64,000 nucleotides of DNA from Octopus sinensis (lineage: Eukaryota), in assembly GCF_006345805.1 (NCBI RefSeq), contig NC_043017.1, forward strand, positions 28,706,001 through 28,770,000, given 5' to 3'. Below, one piece after another: positions 27,020 to 40,429 of this stretch. The notes beneath the pieces were generated by a model. It made no database searches. It was not told the origin of the DNA and worked only from the letters and a program-made list of their open reading frames with translations. Within the stretch, counting starts at the first letter, position 1. Each line of letters opens with the position of its first letter. The position numbers were made by a program, and so were the translations under genes.

Positions 27020-27815
27020 TATATGTTTCTTATATCTGTATTGCCCACAAGGGGCTAAACACAGACGGGACAAACAAGGACTGACAAAGGGATTAAGTCG
27101 ATTACATCGACCCCAGTGCGAAACTGGTACTTTATTTATCGACCCCGAAAGGATGAGAGGCAAAGTCGACCTCAGCGGAATTTGAAATCAGAAAGTAATG
27201 ACAGACGAAATGCCTATTTCTTTATTACCGACAAGGGGCTAAACATAGAGGGGACAAACAAGGACCAGACAAAGGGATTAAGTCGATCACATCGACCCCA
27301 GTGCGAAACTGGTACTTTATTTATCGACCGCGAAAAGATGAGAGGCAAAGTCGACCCAGCGGAATTTGAAATCAGAACGTAATGACAGACGAAATGCCTA
27401 TTTCTTTATTACCGACAAAGGGCTAAACATAGAGGGGACAAACAAGGAGAGACAAAGGGATTAAGTCGATTACAGCGACCCCAGTGCGAAACTGGTATTT
27501 TATTTATCGACCCCGAAAGGATGAAGGGCAAAGTCGACCTCAGCGGAATTTAAAATCAGAACGTAATGACAGACGAAATTCCTATTTCTTTATTACCGAC
27601 AAGGGGCTAAACATAGAGGGGACAAACAAGGACGGACAAAGGGATTAAGTCGATTACATCGACCCCAGTGCGAAACTGATACTTTATTTATCGACTCCGA
27701 AAGGATGAAAGGCGAAGTCGACCTCAGCGGAATTTGAACTCAGAACGTAACGAGAGATAAAATACCACTAAGTATCTCGCCCGGCGAGCTAACGTGTTTG
27801 CCAGCTCGCCGCCTT
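27020..27815 (-). repeat. Head-to-tail array of SINE B (one head, 4 bodies, ~185-bp period)
   Basis: Junction CAGACGAAATGCCTATTTC recurs at ~27201, ~27387 and ~27571; head at 27760-27815. Confidence 0.9.
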
Positions 27816-29214
27816 ACAATATTTATATATGTATATAGCATCTTCATTGGGATGAGTTAAAATACAGTTCCCGCCAGTCAGCCGGTTGGACTTTTACCTG
27901 TCGCATTTTAAGTTCCTGCTTCTTAAATGCACGCATTTCAATTGCGCTTATTATTCTATTTACCTCTTGCAAGCTACAGTGTACGTTTATTCTGCAATAT
28001 TTTATTAAATTTCTACACGTGTATTTGCACTCAGTTTGTTGTCACTTGTATCAACGTATCCAAATACTGTTATCTCTGTCTCTAGAAAATAGTATTCCAT
28101 AGGAGGTGACTGCTTCTCAAGTCCACTTATCTAAACTAAACTGCTGGGTTTTTTTTTTAATTATATTGAAGTAGCAGAAAGGGAACAACAAGGATCGGAC
28201 GTAATTCCGTAATTACGACCACTTACAGTTTCGATCGAGTTTCAGAATTACGGAATGTGACGTTTTTTTTCTCTGTGTGGTGTCGATTAATCGATTATAT
28301 CTATCGCTTTCAACAGGGAAAAAAAAAAACAACAACCAAAAACAAAACAAAACAGAACAAGAAAAAAAACAACAATCATGGCTTTATTTAGATTTACGAT
28401 TTTCAAGGAGTGTTATTGTGTTAGTCATGTTTCATATCGAAGTTGTTGAATTCTGTTTTGATTCTGTTTTCTTTTATAAATTGTTCAATTTGATGATTTT
28501 TTTTTTTGCAGTTGAATATGAATAACTATGCTCTGAAACAAAGCATGAATGCAATATTCGATTTTTTTCTTCTACACTAATAATAATGCGGTTCATGACC
28601 AAAGGTGAAATCATAATTACATTTTTCAGCCAGTGTTTTTTAGGTTGCTGACATTTTCCACAAAATTGATAAAAAATCACATCAGAATACTCCTCTCCTT
28701 TCATATAATCTTCCCCGTTTTGATCATGTTTTTCCTACTGCTTTTGCATTTATTATTATTTAATTATGTATTCAACAGTTTTTTTCCGAGAGATACAACA
28801 GCGTAGCCTTATGTCTGTAACATGTGCTGCATTGTCCATTCTGAAGCGTTGTGGTATTGGCAGAATCAATAGAATACTGCATAAAGTGCTACACAATGTG
28901 TTTACATTTAGGGTTCAAATCCCGCAGAGCGGAACTTTGAATTGCTTTCTTGTAAATACAATAAATAAATACGCAGGATACATACATATAGATGCGCATA
29001 CATACATATACGGTGGCTTCCCCCTTTTTATCGAGTATGGCCATATTGAAGCTTAATCAATGTTGTTATCGTGCAATGCCTGTGCAAGAAGATTTTTTTA
29101 AAGTGAGGAAAGGCTGTGCACTGAGTCAATCCCACTCACTAAGCAACAGCAGCCATAATCCAAAAAGAAGAACAAGTCAACATCATTGTAACCACTGAGC
29201 CGCATGTTTTATGT

Positions 29215-29515
29215 CAGAGTTATCCCAGTTACCTGAGTTACCTTCTCCTAGAAGGATGCCCTAACAAGGGCTAGGAGTCCTTCACTCCCAATGGTTTAAC
29301 CGCGCGATCGGGTATTCAGTCCGATTATTTCTATATCCCCGCGCATGACACAGCCTTAAGACATTTATTGGATGGCCATTGACTGTCAAGAGTTCATCTG
29401 CCCTTTGACGGGTTTTGTTTTTCATCCCGCAGGGTGTCCAATAAACACCCTCCTCACCTAGCAAGCTTGGGGTGGTTACCGGTTTAGTCGCCGACGACTC
29501 GGCCATTCAACAGTT
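29215..29515 (-). mobile_element. Probable 5' UTR fragment of an RTE/RTE-X-type LINE
   Basis: Minus-strand GGGCATCCTTCTAGGAGAAGGTAACTC motif resembles RTE-type leaders as I recall them; no ORF follows. Confidence 0.35.
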
Positions 29516-29984
29516 TGTACTGGGTTACATGTTACCAGTAGCACTCGAAAGGGATCTGACATAACATACATACACACATACATACATATATACATATATG
29601 CAGAACAAATTTGGACGAAATGCTGCTAAGCATTTTTTGCTCAGCGTGTCAACATTACACACACACATATATACATGCATACACATGCAAACACATACAT
29701 ACATACGAACATGCATGCATGTGTAGGCACACACACACATACACACACTCACACTGATCTACACACATGCGCACAAACAAACAAAAGGGAACGCAGTGTA
29801 AATAACGGACAGTCAAGACTATTGAAAAGTTTGCAAGACGCAACGAAAATTTTAGGAACATAAAAATAAGAAATAAGTGGAAATTTTACCGGTGAGTGTC
29901 TTACATTATACGACACAAAAAGAAGATGACTCTCCCCAGACACAACAGGCTTCAAAACACGAACTCATATAAAGAATCTGAGTT

Positions 29985-30432
29985 GAGAAAGGAGAGCATG
30001 CCATCAAAGTGACACTTGGGTAAAATATATGAAGCCCAGTATACCCATCATGACTACTCGTCAGATAAGGGTACACTAGGCACATGCATCACAACCATGT
30101 GTGTACGGCATGGTGATCTCATATCAAGATAAACAGCACATGACATTGCAGGTGGGGCCCAGTTATAATTTTCTTCCGGACGAGTAACCCAGCCTGCTCA
30201 AAAGGTCACCGAATAGGGTCGTTTAACGATGTTGAACAAAACACCCTTGTTTCCAGAGGTGAATTTTCAAACCCCAAAGAATCCCTCTCAACATATGGCT
30301 ATGATGCTCCCCCACTACTTCTGCTCATGATCAGAGATGCACATATCGCCAGTCAGTAAGGGACGTGCTCAACTGGTTAGGGTCAAACAACTGACAAGCA
30401 AATCTGTGGTATTGAGCAGAATATTTGCTGTA
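29985..30432 (-). mobile_element. Repeat family E copy
   Basis: Homology to 19449-19884. Confidence 0.6.
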
Positions 30433-30502
30433 GCCCACCTTTCACATCAAGACAAAACAATGTACATGATAACACTTCCATATTATTATTATTATTATCA
30501 TT

Positions 30503-30576
<74 letters not shown>

Positions 30577-30577
30577 G

Positions 30578-30870
30578 AGTGAGAGAACAGCGCAGTCTAT
30601 GAAAGTGACACTGAGGTGCAAACATACGAAGCGCCATATAACCACCATGTATTAGGGGAGCATCATAGCCATGTATTGTGAGGTATTCGTTGAAGTTTAG
30701 ATAATTCACCTCTGAAAACATGGGTGTTTTGTTCAACATCCTTAAACAACCCTTATAAGGAACCTATTGAGCGGGATATCAAAGTACAAGATAACACTTC
30801 CAATCAGTTAAGATCAAAAGCCTTAAGTACCACTGTCTGGTACTGCATCAGGGCATTTGTCATTATTGTT
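30578..30870. mobile_element. Family E copy with internal inversion
   Basis: Begins like E after (ATT)n, then GGGGAGCATCATAGCCATG is the reverse complement of the E interior. Confidence 0.5.
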
Positions 30871-31009
30871 GTTATTATTATTATTTTTGTTGTTGTTGTT
30901 GTTGGTGGTGCTGTTGTTGTTGTTGTTGTTGGCTGAAGAGAGCATGCCGGATGAAATAGCAGTATTTCTTCTGGCTTACCGCTCTCTGTTTAAATTGCCT
31001 TTCATCTTC

Positions 31010-31665
31010 TTACAGTATTCACCCGGGGTGGGTTGAGCTGGCTGCGTTCATCCTCAATGTTACATCTCTCACAAACGCCGACCAGGCCTTGCGATTTGAG
31101 GCTAACGATGGGGTGACCTCCAACTACTCCTTATTCCAGCGGCGAACGCCGTAGACATGGGGGCCTAGTTGGGTTCCAGATCAGCCTTGACTGTCATCAG
31201 CCAGGTTTTTCATTGTCCACCACATCGCTTTCGCTAACCCTGAAGGGGAGCTGGGGCAGTTCGTAGATGAATTCTCCTGGTTGACGACGGAGGGCATGAC
31301 CCAGGCAACGCAGACGTCTCGTCAGGATGACTTGTCTGAGGGAGGGGATTCTGCACTGGCGTCGCACCGAATTGTTGGAGGCAAAGTGTTGCCATCGGAC
31401 ATGAAGGATGCGGCGTAGAAAGAGGTGATCGAAGGATTCTAGTCGCTTAATATCTTCCACCCTCATTGGCCATGACTCGCTGCCGTAAAGGAGAATTGTT
31501 CGCACTAGTGCTTGGTAGATCCGTACTTTAGTGGTGCGTCGGATCTCAGATCTTGACCAGAGTCGTGCACTGAGTCGGTTGAAGGCTTGGCGAGCGAGGT
31601 CGATTCGTATTTTAATGTCAGCCTCACCTTGATCTGTAGCTTTAATGATGGCGCCAAGGTTTTTC
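31010..31665 (-). pseudogene. RTE-clade LINE, 5'-truncated ORF C-terminus
   Basis: EADIKIRIDLARQAFNRL..TKVRIYQALVRTILLYGSESW..FLRRILHVRWQ..RRLRCLGHALRR. Confidence 0.9.
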
Positions 31666-32269
31666 ATCCTTCCTAAATCAATAACTAGAAATAGCTGGCA
31701 CGTATTGAGGCCAATGATTTTCAACGAATGCTGTTCCCTCACATTTGCTGGTATTGTGCCTAATTCAGAAAGAATAATATTAATAACAATTATCATTTTT
31801 TCCTATCTGTTTATGATTTTTTTACTAAAAAACTTGTATGACGTTCTGTACATTTAAGTAGAATTCTTGTTTGTTTTCCTTTCCAGTAAACTGCTAATAT
31901 TCTTTTGGAATCTGCTGCGAGCCCTCCATGACCTGCTGGTGGAATGTAGCTAGTTCCTTTATTTTTGGCCTCTTCAGGTCTAAAATAGCTCGATTAAATA
32001 TTCCTTTCCCATTAGAAATAATTTTTCCTGAATATTAACAATGGCAACGGTTTTGACAGCCACTTTGCCAACACAAAAGGGTTGTATGAGAGGCTGTCAG
32101 CCAGTCTCCCTTTTTCTATGAAAACGACTATCCTGGCCTGACGTTTATCGTCGATAAGAATAGGAGTGACTGTAACCAAAGCAGCGAAAGCCTGTCAAAA
32201 AGCAATCGCACAACCAGCAACAAGAATATGTCAAGTAAAACAACAACCATCGCCATTTTCACAAACAAC

Positions 32270-32378
32270 AACACCAGCAACAAAGACAGCAACTCCAACA
32301 AAGAGACGAAAGTGAATATGACAAAAGAAAAACAACACTGAACATAAAAAGGACCGTGTTACCGTCAGCAACATCACC

Positions 32379-32416
<38 letters not shown>

Positions 32417-33127
32417 CAACAGAAGCGCTACGTACATAACAACAACATCCACCACACCACCACCACCACCAACAACAGCAACAATAACAAGAACAAGAAC
32501 AGAACCACTACGTTCATAACAACAACACCCACCACACCACCTCCGACACCACTATCACCACCACCACCAACAACAACAACAATAACAATTACAAGAACAG
32601 AAGCGCTACGTCCATAACAACAACATTCACCACACCACCACCGACACTACTATCACCAACGCCACCACCATCAACAACAACAATAACCCCATCACCACCA
32701 CCGCCACTACCTCTACCACCTCCACCATTACTACCACTACATCCAATGCCACAACCCCAACACCGACGTAACCACCATCACTAACACCAATACAATTTAC
32801 ATCTCCAACCCCCTTACCGTCAGCACCACCGTCATCACCTACACACTATCATCATCATTACCAACACCCCACCACTGCAACCTACACCGTCACCAACACC
32901 AACGCCACCACCATCAACAACAGCAACACAATCAACTTCAACACCCCCACCACCGTCAACACCACTGTCATCACCTACACACTATCACCATCATTACCAA
33001 CACCCCACCACTGCCACCGACACTGTCACCAACACCAACAACATCACCACCGCCGCCATCGTCCCCCTCATCACTAATATCCCCCATCACTCAATTCCAC
33101 CTCCAAAACCCCAGCAGCAGCAGCAGC

Positions 33128-33160
<33 letters not shown>

Positions 33161-33890
33161 AAGGACGACGACACCTATAACAATGAGAACAATAACAAAA
33201 ACAATAATAAAAAAGGCAACGTTATCTAAAATATATAAAAAATATTAACTTTCAGAAAAGCAACACCAAAAAAGGAAAATTATTCTATTTACAAAAAAAA
33301 AAATAAGAAAAGAAAAAAAGAATACAATAAAAACAAAAACAAAAGGAAAACATTGATATTCGCAGAAACAGCAACAAAAACACGTTCGAACCTGCTACTT
33401 TCAGCAGCAAGACTAGGTCCACCAACACCAGCAGCACTACAAGATGCAACGCTACCATCGATCACCAACACCGTTGGAACCACCACCAACACCAACACCA
33501 CCAACAACAACAACAATGACACCACCACCATTTCCACCTCTACCACCTCCACCACCACCAACACCAAAAATAACAACAACACCATCGCTACCTCTACCAC
33601 CTCCACCATCACCAACGCCACTATCATCAATGCCCCCATCACCATCACCAACACCACCACAATCATCACCACTACACTGCCACCACCACCACCACCACCA
33701 CCATCACCACGACGACGACGACAAACAACAACAACGACAATAACACCACCACCACTAACACTACCACCTCCACCATCACCACCACTACGTCCAATGCCAC
33801 TATCATCAATACCCCCATCACCACCACCACCATCACCACCACCACCACCACTACACCCAGCCATCACACCTCCATCAAGACAACCTCTAA
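32270..33890. repeat. Compound (CAA/CAC)n low-complexity region with higher-order minisatellite units
   Basis: Core AACAGAAGCGCTACGT(A/C)CATAACAACAACA, or a close variant, at ~32417, ~32498 and ~32596. Confidence 0.85.
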
Positions 33891-34408
33891 TGTCCTCCCA
33901 AATAAAATGGAAGCAATGCATTTCACAGCTGCCAACCAAAAGCGAATTGAGTATTCTTCGAAAGACAAGAAGATTTGAAGAGGGTTGAATTCCAATTAAA
34001 GAGCTTTTCGCCTGTTTACGGAACATGTCTATTATTATGCCTAAATTCTTTTGTTTATGGGGCCTTTTCATCTAATTCCAATTCCACATTTAAAATCCAA
34101 TAATCCTCTTTATAATCTTTAGTATTTTCTCTCTTATTCAACCCCGAAAACTTTTGTCATTTTGTCAGTTGAAATAGCTTCGCTTCTGCTTTTTTTCATA
34201 TTGTTTTTTTTTCTTTTTTTTTTTCAAATTTTAATTCGTTATTCTGAAAGACAAAAAAAAAAACGCCTTTTTCTGACACAAATATTTCCTTCTATGAAGC
34301 TTTTCTGGTATTTGTACTTTTCTGACAGATTTTGCCATCACCCTATGTTTCGGTTCTTCTGTCACTACTTCAGCGCCTGTTTCTTTGAAGTTATAAGTTG
34401 TAGTGAAT

Positions 34409-34712
34409 GCGCATGATTTAGTGGTTTGGGCACCCAGCTCATGATCGTAAGGTCGCGAGTTCGATTTCCGGTAGAGCATTGTATCCTTAAGCAAGGCACT
34501 TTTAAAACCACTCAAGTGGTAAAAATTAATAGTAAATGTATCACAAAATGTCAGACTTGTTACGTTTTATTCTGCTGGATCTCCCTGAGAACTACGTTAA
34601 GAGTACCCGTTTCTCTAAGGGTCTCACCCACATGTATGTTAATTTCATGAGCAGGATATTCTGTTGAGTGTATTAACTGGGACCCACGTCGTCGTAACCT
34701 CTAGAGTGGCTG
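34409..34712 (+). mobile_element. tRNA-derived SINE (different head, family-C tail)
   Basis: A/B boxes (TTTAGTGG, GAGTTCGATTTCC); tail GAGAACTACGTTAAG..TTAATTTCATGAGCAGG..CGTCGTCGTAACC shared with 6991-7377. Confidence 0.65.
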
Positions 34713-36431
34713 TGTTTCTTTTTCTGTTTTTTACGTTGTCTTTAAACTTTTTCCGAGTCTTCCCTTTCTAATTTATTTTGTATCGAATTTGAATTCTCGT
34801 AGCCAATTTGTATAATCATCAAATCATCACTTTCACCAAGAATAAGTATTTTCCCAATTTAGTCACTTCGTTTTCGCTTGTAAGGTGCTTACATACAGGA
34901 CAAACTATGCAACTTTTTACATACTTTACTTTCCCTATCTAAAATAGTAAACTAACTTATCCACTTCTAAGGCATTTCCTATGCATTTTCTATTAGTTTT
35001 CTTATAGATATGCCTAAAATGAACAATGCTGACAGCTTCAGATTTCGAGACCTGAAACTTATAAGGCTTTTTCTTCATCGAATGCGTCGGATAATTCATA
35101 TTTTCATTAGTTATATATATTTGTATTAATTTATCTCTATCCGTCACACCAGTCTCTCTAAAACTTTTCTCAAGATTTGGAGACCTCAACCAGTATTACA
35201 ATAGCAGCTAGTACTTCATAATCTGATTCATGTGCCTGCATTGCTGATCCCATAATTGATATGTTATTGCTTTTTATCATGCTTAGTAGCCATTTTAATA
35301 TTTTACGTGCTTATGTATTTTTGACCGGTGATTTCAAATCCTATTTTCACTATCATCATCTCAGCAACATGGGTTTCTTCAAACTTAATCTCATTCACTG
35401 ATTCATTCACTCCCACTTCAGCCATTTACACAGGTTTCGATAATACTAGAACACAGATTTTTAGGCTTTGTTTAGCGTTCATTTACTGTATACACTTTTT
35501 GTAGAATGCAGACATTTTCTTTGCTAGCAAAAATTATAACCATTGTAAGATTTTATTCTGAACAATGTATTCGATTCAAAATGGTTCGCTTCTGCTTCGC
35601 ATATTTTGGAATTACTTAGCGTAATTTATGACCGAAAATGATTCTACATTTCTGTGAGAACTATTTTTATACAAAGATATCTGTCGAATGTTAGTATTTA
35701 TTTTTAGCCACTTTGAAGTAAAAATACAAGATTCTAGACTATGTTGGTCGGACATAGAGCTTTCTCATTTTTGTCGTATATTAAGAACACGGCGCCATTA
35801 CGGAAAGACGATAAATTATACGCATTCTTATGACAATCAAACTATTTCAAAGGTTAATACACAAAAAATAATTAACATAAACAGACAGGATTAGACACCT
35901 CCATAACAAAAACAATGACTCCCGAAAGGACAAAGAGGTTTTAATGCCTCACTCCTTAATAACATAAACAGCCAAAGAAAAAGACTAAATTGCTAATTCT
36001 CACATATAGTGTTGTTTTCTCCACAAAATTAGCGATACAACTAATTGGGTTTATGTTGTTTGAAATAGGGAACAAAATGTTAGGTGAAGGCTCTACCTAA
36101 AGGTGAACTACGGCAAAGGTATTAGCAACTGCTGTATCTTTTGTCGAGAAAATTAATTTGTATTGAACGAAAGGGAAGCTATCCTAGATTTGTTTCAGAA
36201 AAAACAGAAGATGCTTGTGTATACAGTCAGAGGAGTAATTGCTGGGATGTCCCAAGAGGCGTGTAGGTTAATATGGTATCAATTGACTGCTAAGAATTCT
36301 GCAACATGATCAGCGTCTATTTTCCAGTGAATTTTGAATTCATTGCAAGCAGAAATAATCTGCAAAACACCAGCTTATAGACCAAACACTATGCACCATC
36401 CCTTTTCTGTAAATAAATCTGCTAATACGCG

Positions 36432-36605
36432 CAAGAGTGGCGGTGTGGTAAGTAGCTTGCTTACGAACCACATGGTTCCGGGTTCAGTTCCACTGTGTGG
36501 CACCTGGGGCAGGTGTCTTCTACTATAGCCTCGGGCCGACCAAAGCCTTGTGAGTGGATTTTGTAGGCGGAAACTGAAAGAGGCCCGTTGTATATATGTA
36601 TGTAT
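36432..36605 (+). mobile_element. SINE A, 5' half
   Basis: Homology to the SINE A head. Confidence 0.8.
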
Positions 36606-36804
36606 ATATATATATATTCTTCTTCTTCATTTTGTTCTTTCTCTTCTTCATCTTTCTCTTCTTCCTTTCCTTCATCTCCTTCCTCCTCCTCCTCCTCCTC
36701 CCCTCGACTAGTAGTGGTGCTAGTAGCAGCAGCAGAAGTAGTATTAGTATTAGTAGTAGTTGTTGTTGTTGTTGGTGGTGGTGGTGTTGCTGTTTTTGTT
36801 GTTG

Positions 36805-36836
<32 letters not shown>

Positions 36837-36972
36837 GGTAGTAATACCAGTAATAGCATTAGCCTCGTGCCTATTATTGCCGTATAGCTGCAGGACTGAT
36901 ATAAAATTACCAAAACCAAATAGACTATAGCATTAAATATTAAAAACCACAGGACTTTAAACTCGCGATCAC

Positions 36973-37033
<61 letters not shown>

Positions 37034-37504
37034 GCAAACAAACACACACAAGAAGAAATAGATTCGCAAAAACACACTCACACACACTCACACGCAGACA
37101 CACACCTATAAGGTTTTCTTCATCGAATGCGTCGAATAATTCATATTTTCATTAGTTATATATATTTGTATTAATTTATCTCTATCCGTCACACCAGTCT
37201 CTCTAAAACTTTTTCTCAATATTTATATCTAACTCTCTCTCTCTCCATCTTTTTCTAGCCAACATGTCTCTCTTCTCGATGTCTCTTACGCATGCGTACA
37301 CACACATACACAAACACACATGCAAACAAAATCACATACACACAAATAAAAACACAAACACCTCTCTTTGCCCCCCCCCTCTCTCTCTCTGTCTATATAT
37401 ATATATTTTATATATATATATTTTATATATATATATATATTATATTATATCATATACAATGAAACAAACACACAAACACCTCTCTTTGCCTCTCTCTCTC
37501 TATG

Positions 37505-37535
<31 letters not shown>

Positions 37536-37564
37536 ATATATTATATATATATACATAAATATAT

Positions 37565-37632
<68 letters not shown>

Positions 37633-38114
37633 ATATATAATATATTATATATATATATATATTATATTATAAATATATATATTATAAACACACATGCATT
37701 CATCATTTTCCTCTGCATTAGTTTCATTAGAATGTAATTTTCATCAGGTGCAACTCATGAATCCTATTATGATTTTTTAATTCTCCATTAATATAGTAAT
37801 ATACATAATGAGACGTCTTTTTCTCCCTCATACATATCAAAAAAATAAACTACAAAATCCAGAGGATCAAAACCACAAAAGAAGAAAATAATTATTGCAA
37901 ATATTTCGGATCGATGATGCAGTCTTATCAATTTTTTTCTTCTTTAATACTGGTGTTAATAGTTATTATTGCTCGTAAATTAGAATATTAAAATTACACA
38001 CACACACACACACAAACAAACACACGTATACACACACGTATACACACACGTATATATATGCATATACATACATATACATACATACATATACATAAACACA
38101 CGCACATACATACA

Positions 38115-38179
<65 letters not shown>

Positions 38180-39117
38180 TATGCGTGTATATATATATGT
38201 AGTGTATGTATTAATTTGTTATCACCTGCGGGCATATGTTTATGAGCCACCATATATTTCTCAATGTTCCACGTTGGTATTAATTTGAATAATTATTTAT
38301 CCAACGCTGCTTCCATACATTTATATATATATATTTTGTTTCATTGTTGATATTTAATTTTTGCTGTCATGATTAATTCAATAATACCACCGCTGATGCG
38401 ATAATAATTTTTGCATTTATTTACTTTTTTGTTATTGAATTTATATTTTTTCATTGTTTTATATTAGATGGAGTATGTTAATTAGCGTCATAATAATGAC
38501 TAGAAAATGATGAGAAAAACACACTAATCAGAAATTCTCGTTAAAATCCACACGATTGAGAATTATGTGACGAATATCTGAGAGACACATCCACTTTATA
38601 CACTCTCGTATTGTGCTAGAAACGGCTGCAATATATACCTCAAACAATATACTACCGTTCAGAAACTATAACAACAAATTATGATAAATAATGTGCAATA
38701 AATGAACGTTATGCTTATGAATAAACAGATTGATTGATTGATTAATTAGAAAGACGTCATTACGGAAATTCGTGCCGCAGACGTCTGCTGAATCAAAATG
38801 AGGCTTTATGAAGAAAGGTGGAAAAAACATTCAAAATGGACGTATTTTTGCCGCTTGATGCAACACATTCAGAAATATACTTTTTTTACTCTTTACTCTT
38901 TTACTTGTTTCAGTCATTTTGACTGTGGCCATGCTGGAGCAGGAGCACCGCCTTTTAATCGAGCAAATCGACCCCCGGGACTTATTCTTTTTGTAAGTCC
39001 AGTACTTATTCTATCGGTCTCTTTTGCCGAACCGCTAATTGACGGGGACATAAACACACCAGCATCGGTTGTCAAGCAATGCTAGGGGGACAAACACAGA
39101 CACACAAACATACACAT

Positions 39118-39162
<45 letters not shown>

Positions 39163-39166
<4 letters not shown>

Positions 39167-39416
39167 TATCTATATTGTATAGAGGGCATTATTACACATA
39201 AATGCCTCACACTAGGAGGGACAAAGTCATTACTAACAAAATTATACTAATCATACCCAAATGCAGTTTTTCAAAGCAAGACATTTAAAAAATGAATTTA
39301 GTTCTGTATCACCGTGATTTCACATTCAACTTACGTCTAATGATCATCAGCAGAACTGATTCTGAACACATCATAAATAAACTAAACTTATATTGTTAAA
39401 CTTAATTGTTAAACTT
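39163..39416 (-). mobile_element. ~250-bp TA-flanked element carrying a hammerhead motif
   Basis: Non-SINE sequence between two (TA)n tracts inside SINE A. Confidence 0.7.
39301..39356 (-). ncRNA. Type I hammerhead ribozyme, near-canonical
   Basis: Minus strand GTTCTG-CTGATGA-TCATT-12nt-AATGT-GAA-ATCAC-G-GTGAT-A-CAGAAC: 6-bp stem I, intact core, 4-bp stem II with a U.U base pair position at its foot, quasi-palindromic stem III. Confidence 0.75.
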
Positions 39417-39935
39417 ATATATATATATATACATATATACGACAGGCTTCTTTCAGTTTCCGTCTACCAAATCCACTCACAAGGCATTGGTCGGCCCGGT
39501 GCTATAGCAGAAGACACTTGTCCAAGATGCCACGCAGTGGGACTGAACCCTGAACCATGTGGTTGGTTAGCAAGCTACTTACCACACAGCCACTCCTGCG
39601 CCTCCATTTGGTTAAGAGTGTGCTTGGCATTCGATATATCTTGCAAGCGGGGAGACAGCTCCCTACTTTCTCAGTTATCGAGACCATTAGCCCGCACATT
39701 TTGACCGTATTACGGTTATCCCTGGTGAGCGCTACTTGTCTTCTAGACATAGCAGTAGTACATCACAGCTTGCATTACATAGAAAATAAATAACACAGTA
39801 ACTGGTTTTGTAACAAGAAAATTCTCTAGTTAAGAGCTACGCGATAAAAAACGAAAGCAACATCTATACAGGGAAGTAATTTTTTATCGCCATCTAAACA
39901 TGGCTGTCCACTAAGAACCGGCGATACTGCTATTT

Positions 39936-40170
39936 AGAAGGCGGCGAGCTGGCAGAAACGTTAGCACGCCGGGCGAAATTCGTAGCCGTATTTCGTCTGT
40001 CGTTGCGTTCCGAGTTCAAATTCCGCCGAGGTCGACTTTGCCTTTCATCCTTTCGGGGTCGATAAATTAAGTACCAGTTACGCACTGGGATCGATGTAAT
40101 CGACTTAATCCCTTTGTCTGTCCTTGTTTGTCCCCTCTGTGTTTAGCCCCTTGTGGGTAGTAAAGAAATA
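39936..40170 (+). mobile_element. SINE B, full length, 13-bp TSD (1 mismatch)
   Basis: GATACTGCTATTT / GATATTGCTATTT. Confidence 0.9.
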
Positions 40171-40429
40171 GATATTGCTATTTTAACGCAAGGAGGACTC
40201 CTTCTCCAGCTGGTTAACAGGTAGTTGTATATTATAGATTTGATATGTAGTGATATATCAGAAATAGGTAAAACACCAATCGCACGCATCACGACATATT
40301 GACGAAAACTCTTGACGTGGTTACAATATTATCGATTCAGTAAAACTCCTGGACATTGTTAACGAATACATGAAAATATGGAAATAAACAAAGCGTTGAG
40401 GGCGAGCGTAGTGTGAGTAGTGACTATTC

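Larger units (their letters stand above)
38880..39602 (-). mobile_element. SINE A interrupted in its (TA)n tract by a hammerhead-bearing insert
   Basis: Tail half 38880-39130, head half 39420-39602. Confidence 0.85.

Noticed and set aside
27020-27815. CRISPR-like or retrozyme interpretation of the ~184-bp tandem arrays
   Set aside because: Units are whole SINE bodies without unique spacers; the CAGACGA at the junction is not a hammerhead core and no GAAA/stem set follows
31700-32170. Possible REL-endonuclease (R4-like) C-terminus or host exon upstream of the RTE fragment
   Set aside because: Only a faint IILSELGTIP resemblance; frames broken and ambiguous
33289-34071. 260-aa and 211-aa overlapping ORFs (Val/Gly-rich; Thr/Pro-rich mucin-like)
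   Set aside because: Open on both strands because (CAC/CAA)n lacks stops; no domain or splice support
37714-37751. CTGATGA..GAAAC on the minus strand beside a TA tract
   Set aside because: Lacks the required GU/UH cleavage-site nucleotides; at best a heavily decayed relic
38560-38640. GTGACGA..GAAAC with a partial stem
   Set aside because: Core and stem I mismatched; indistinguishable from chance
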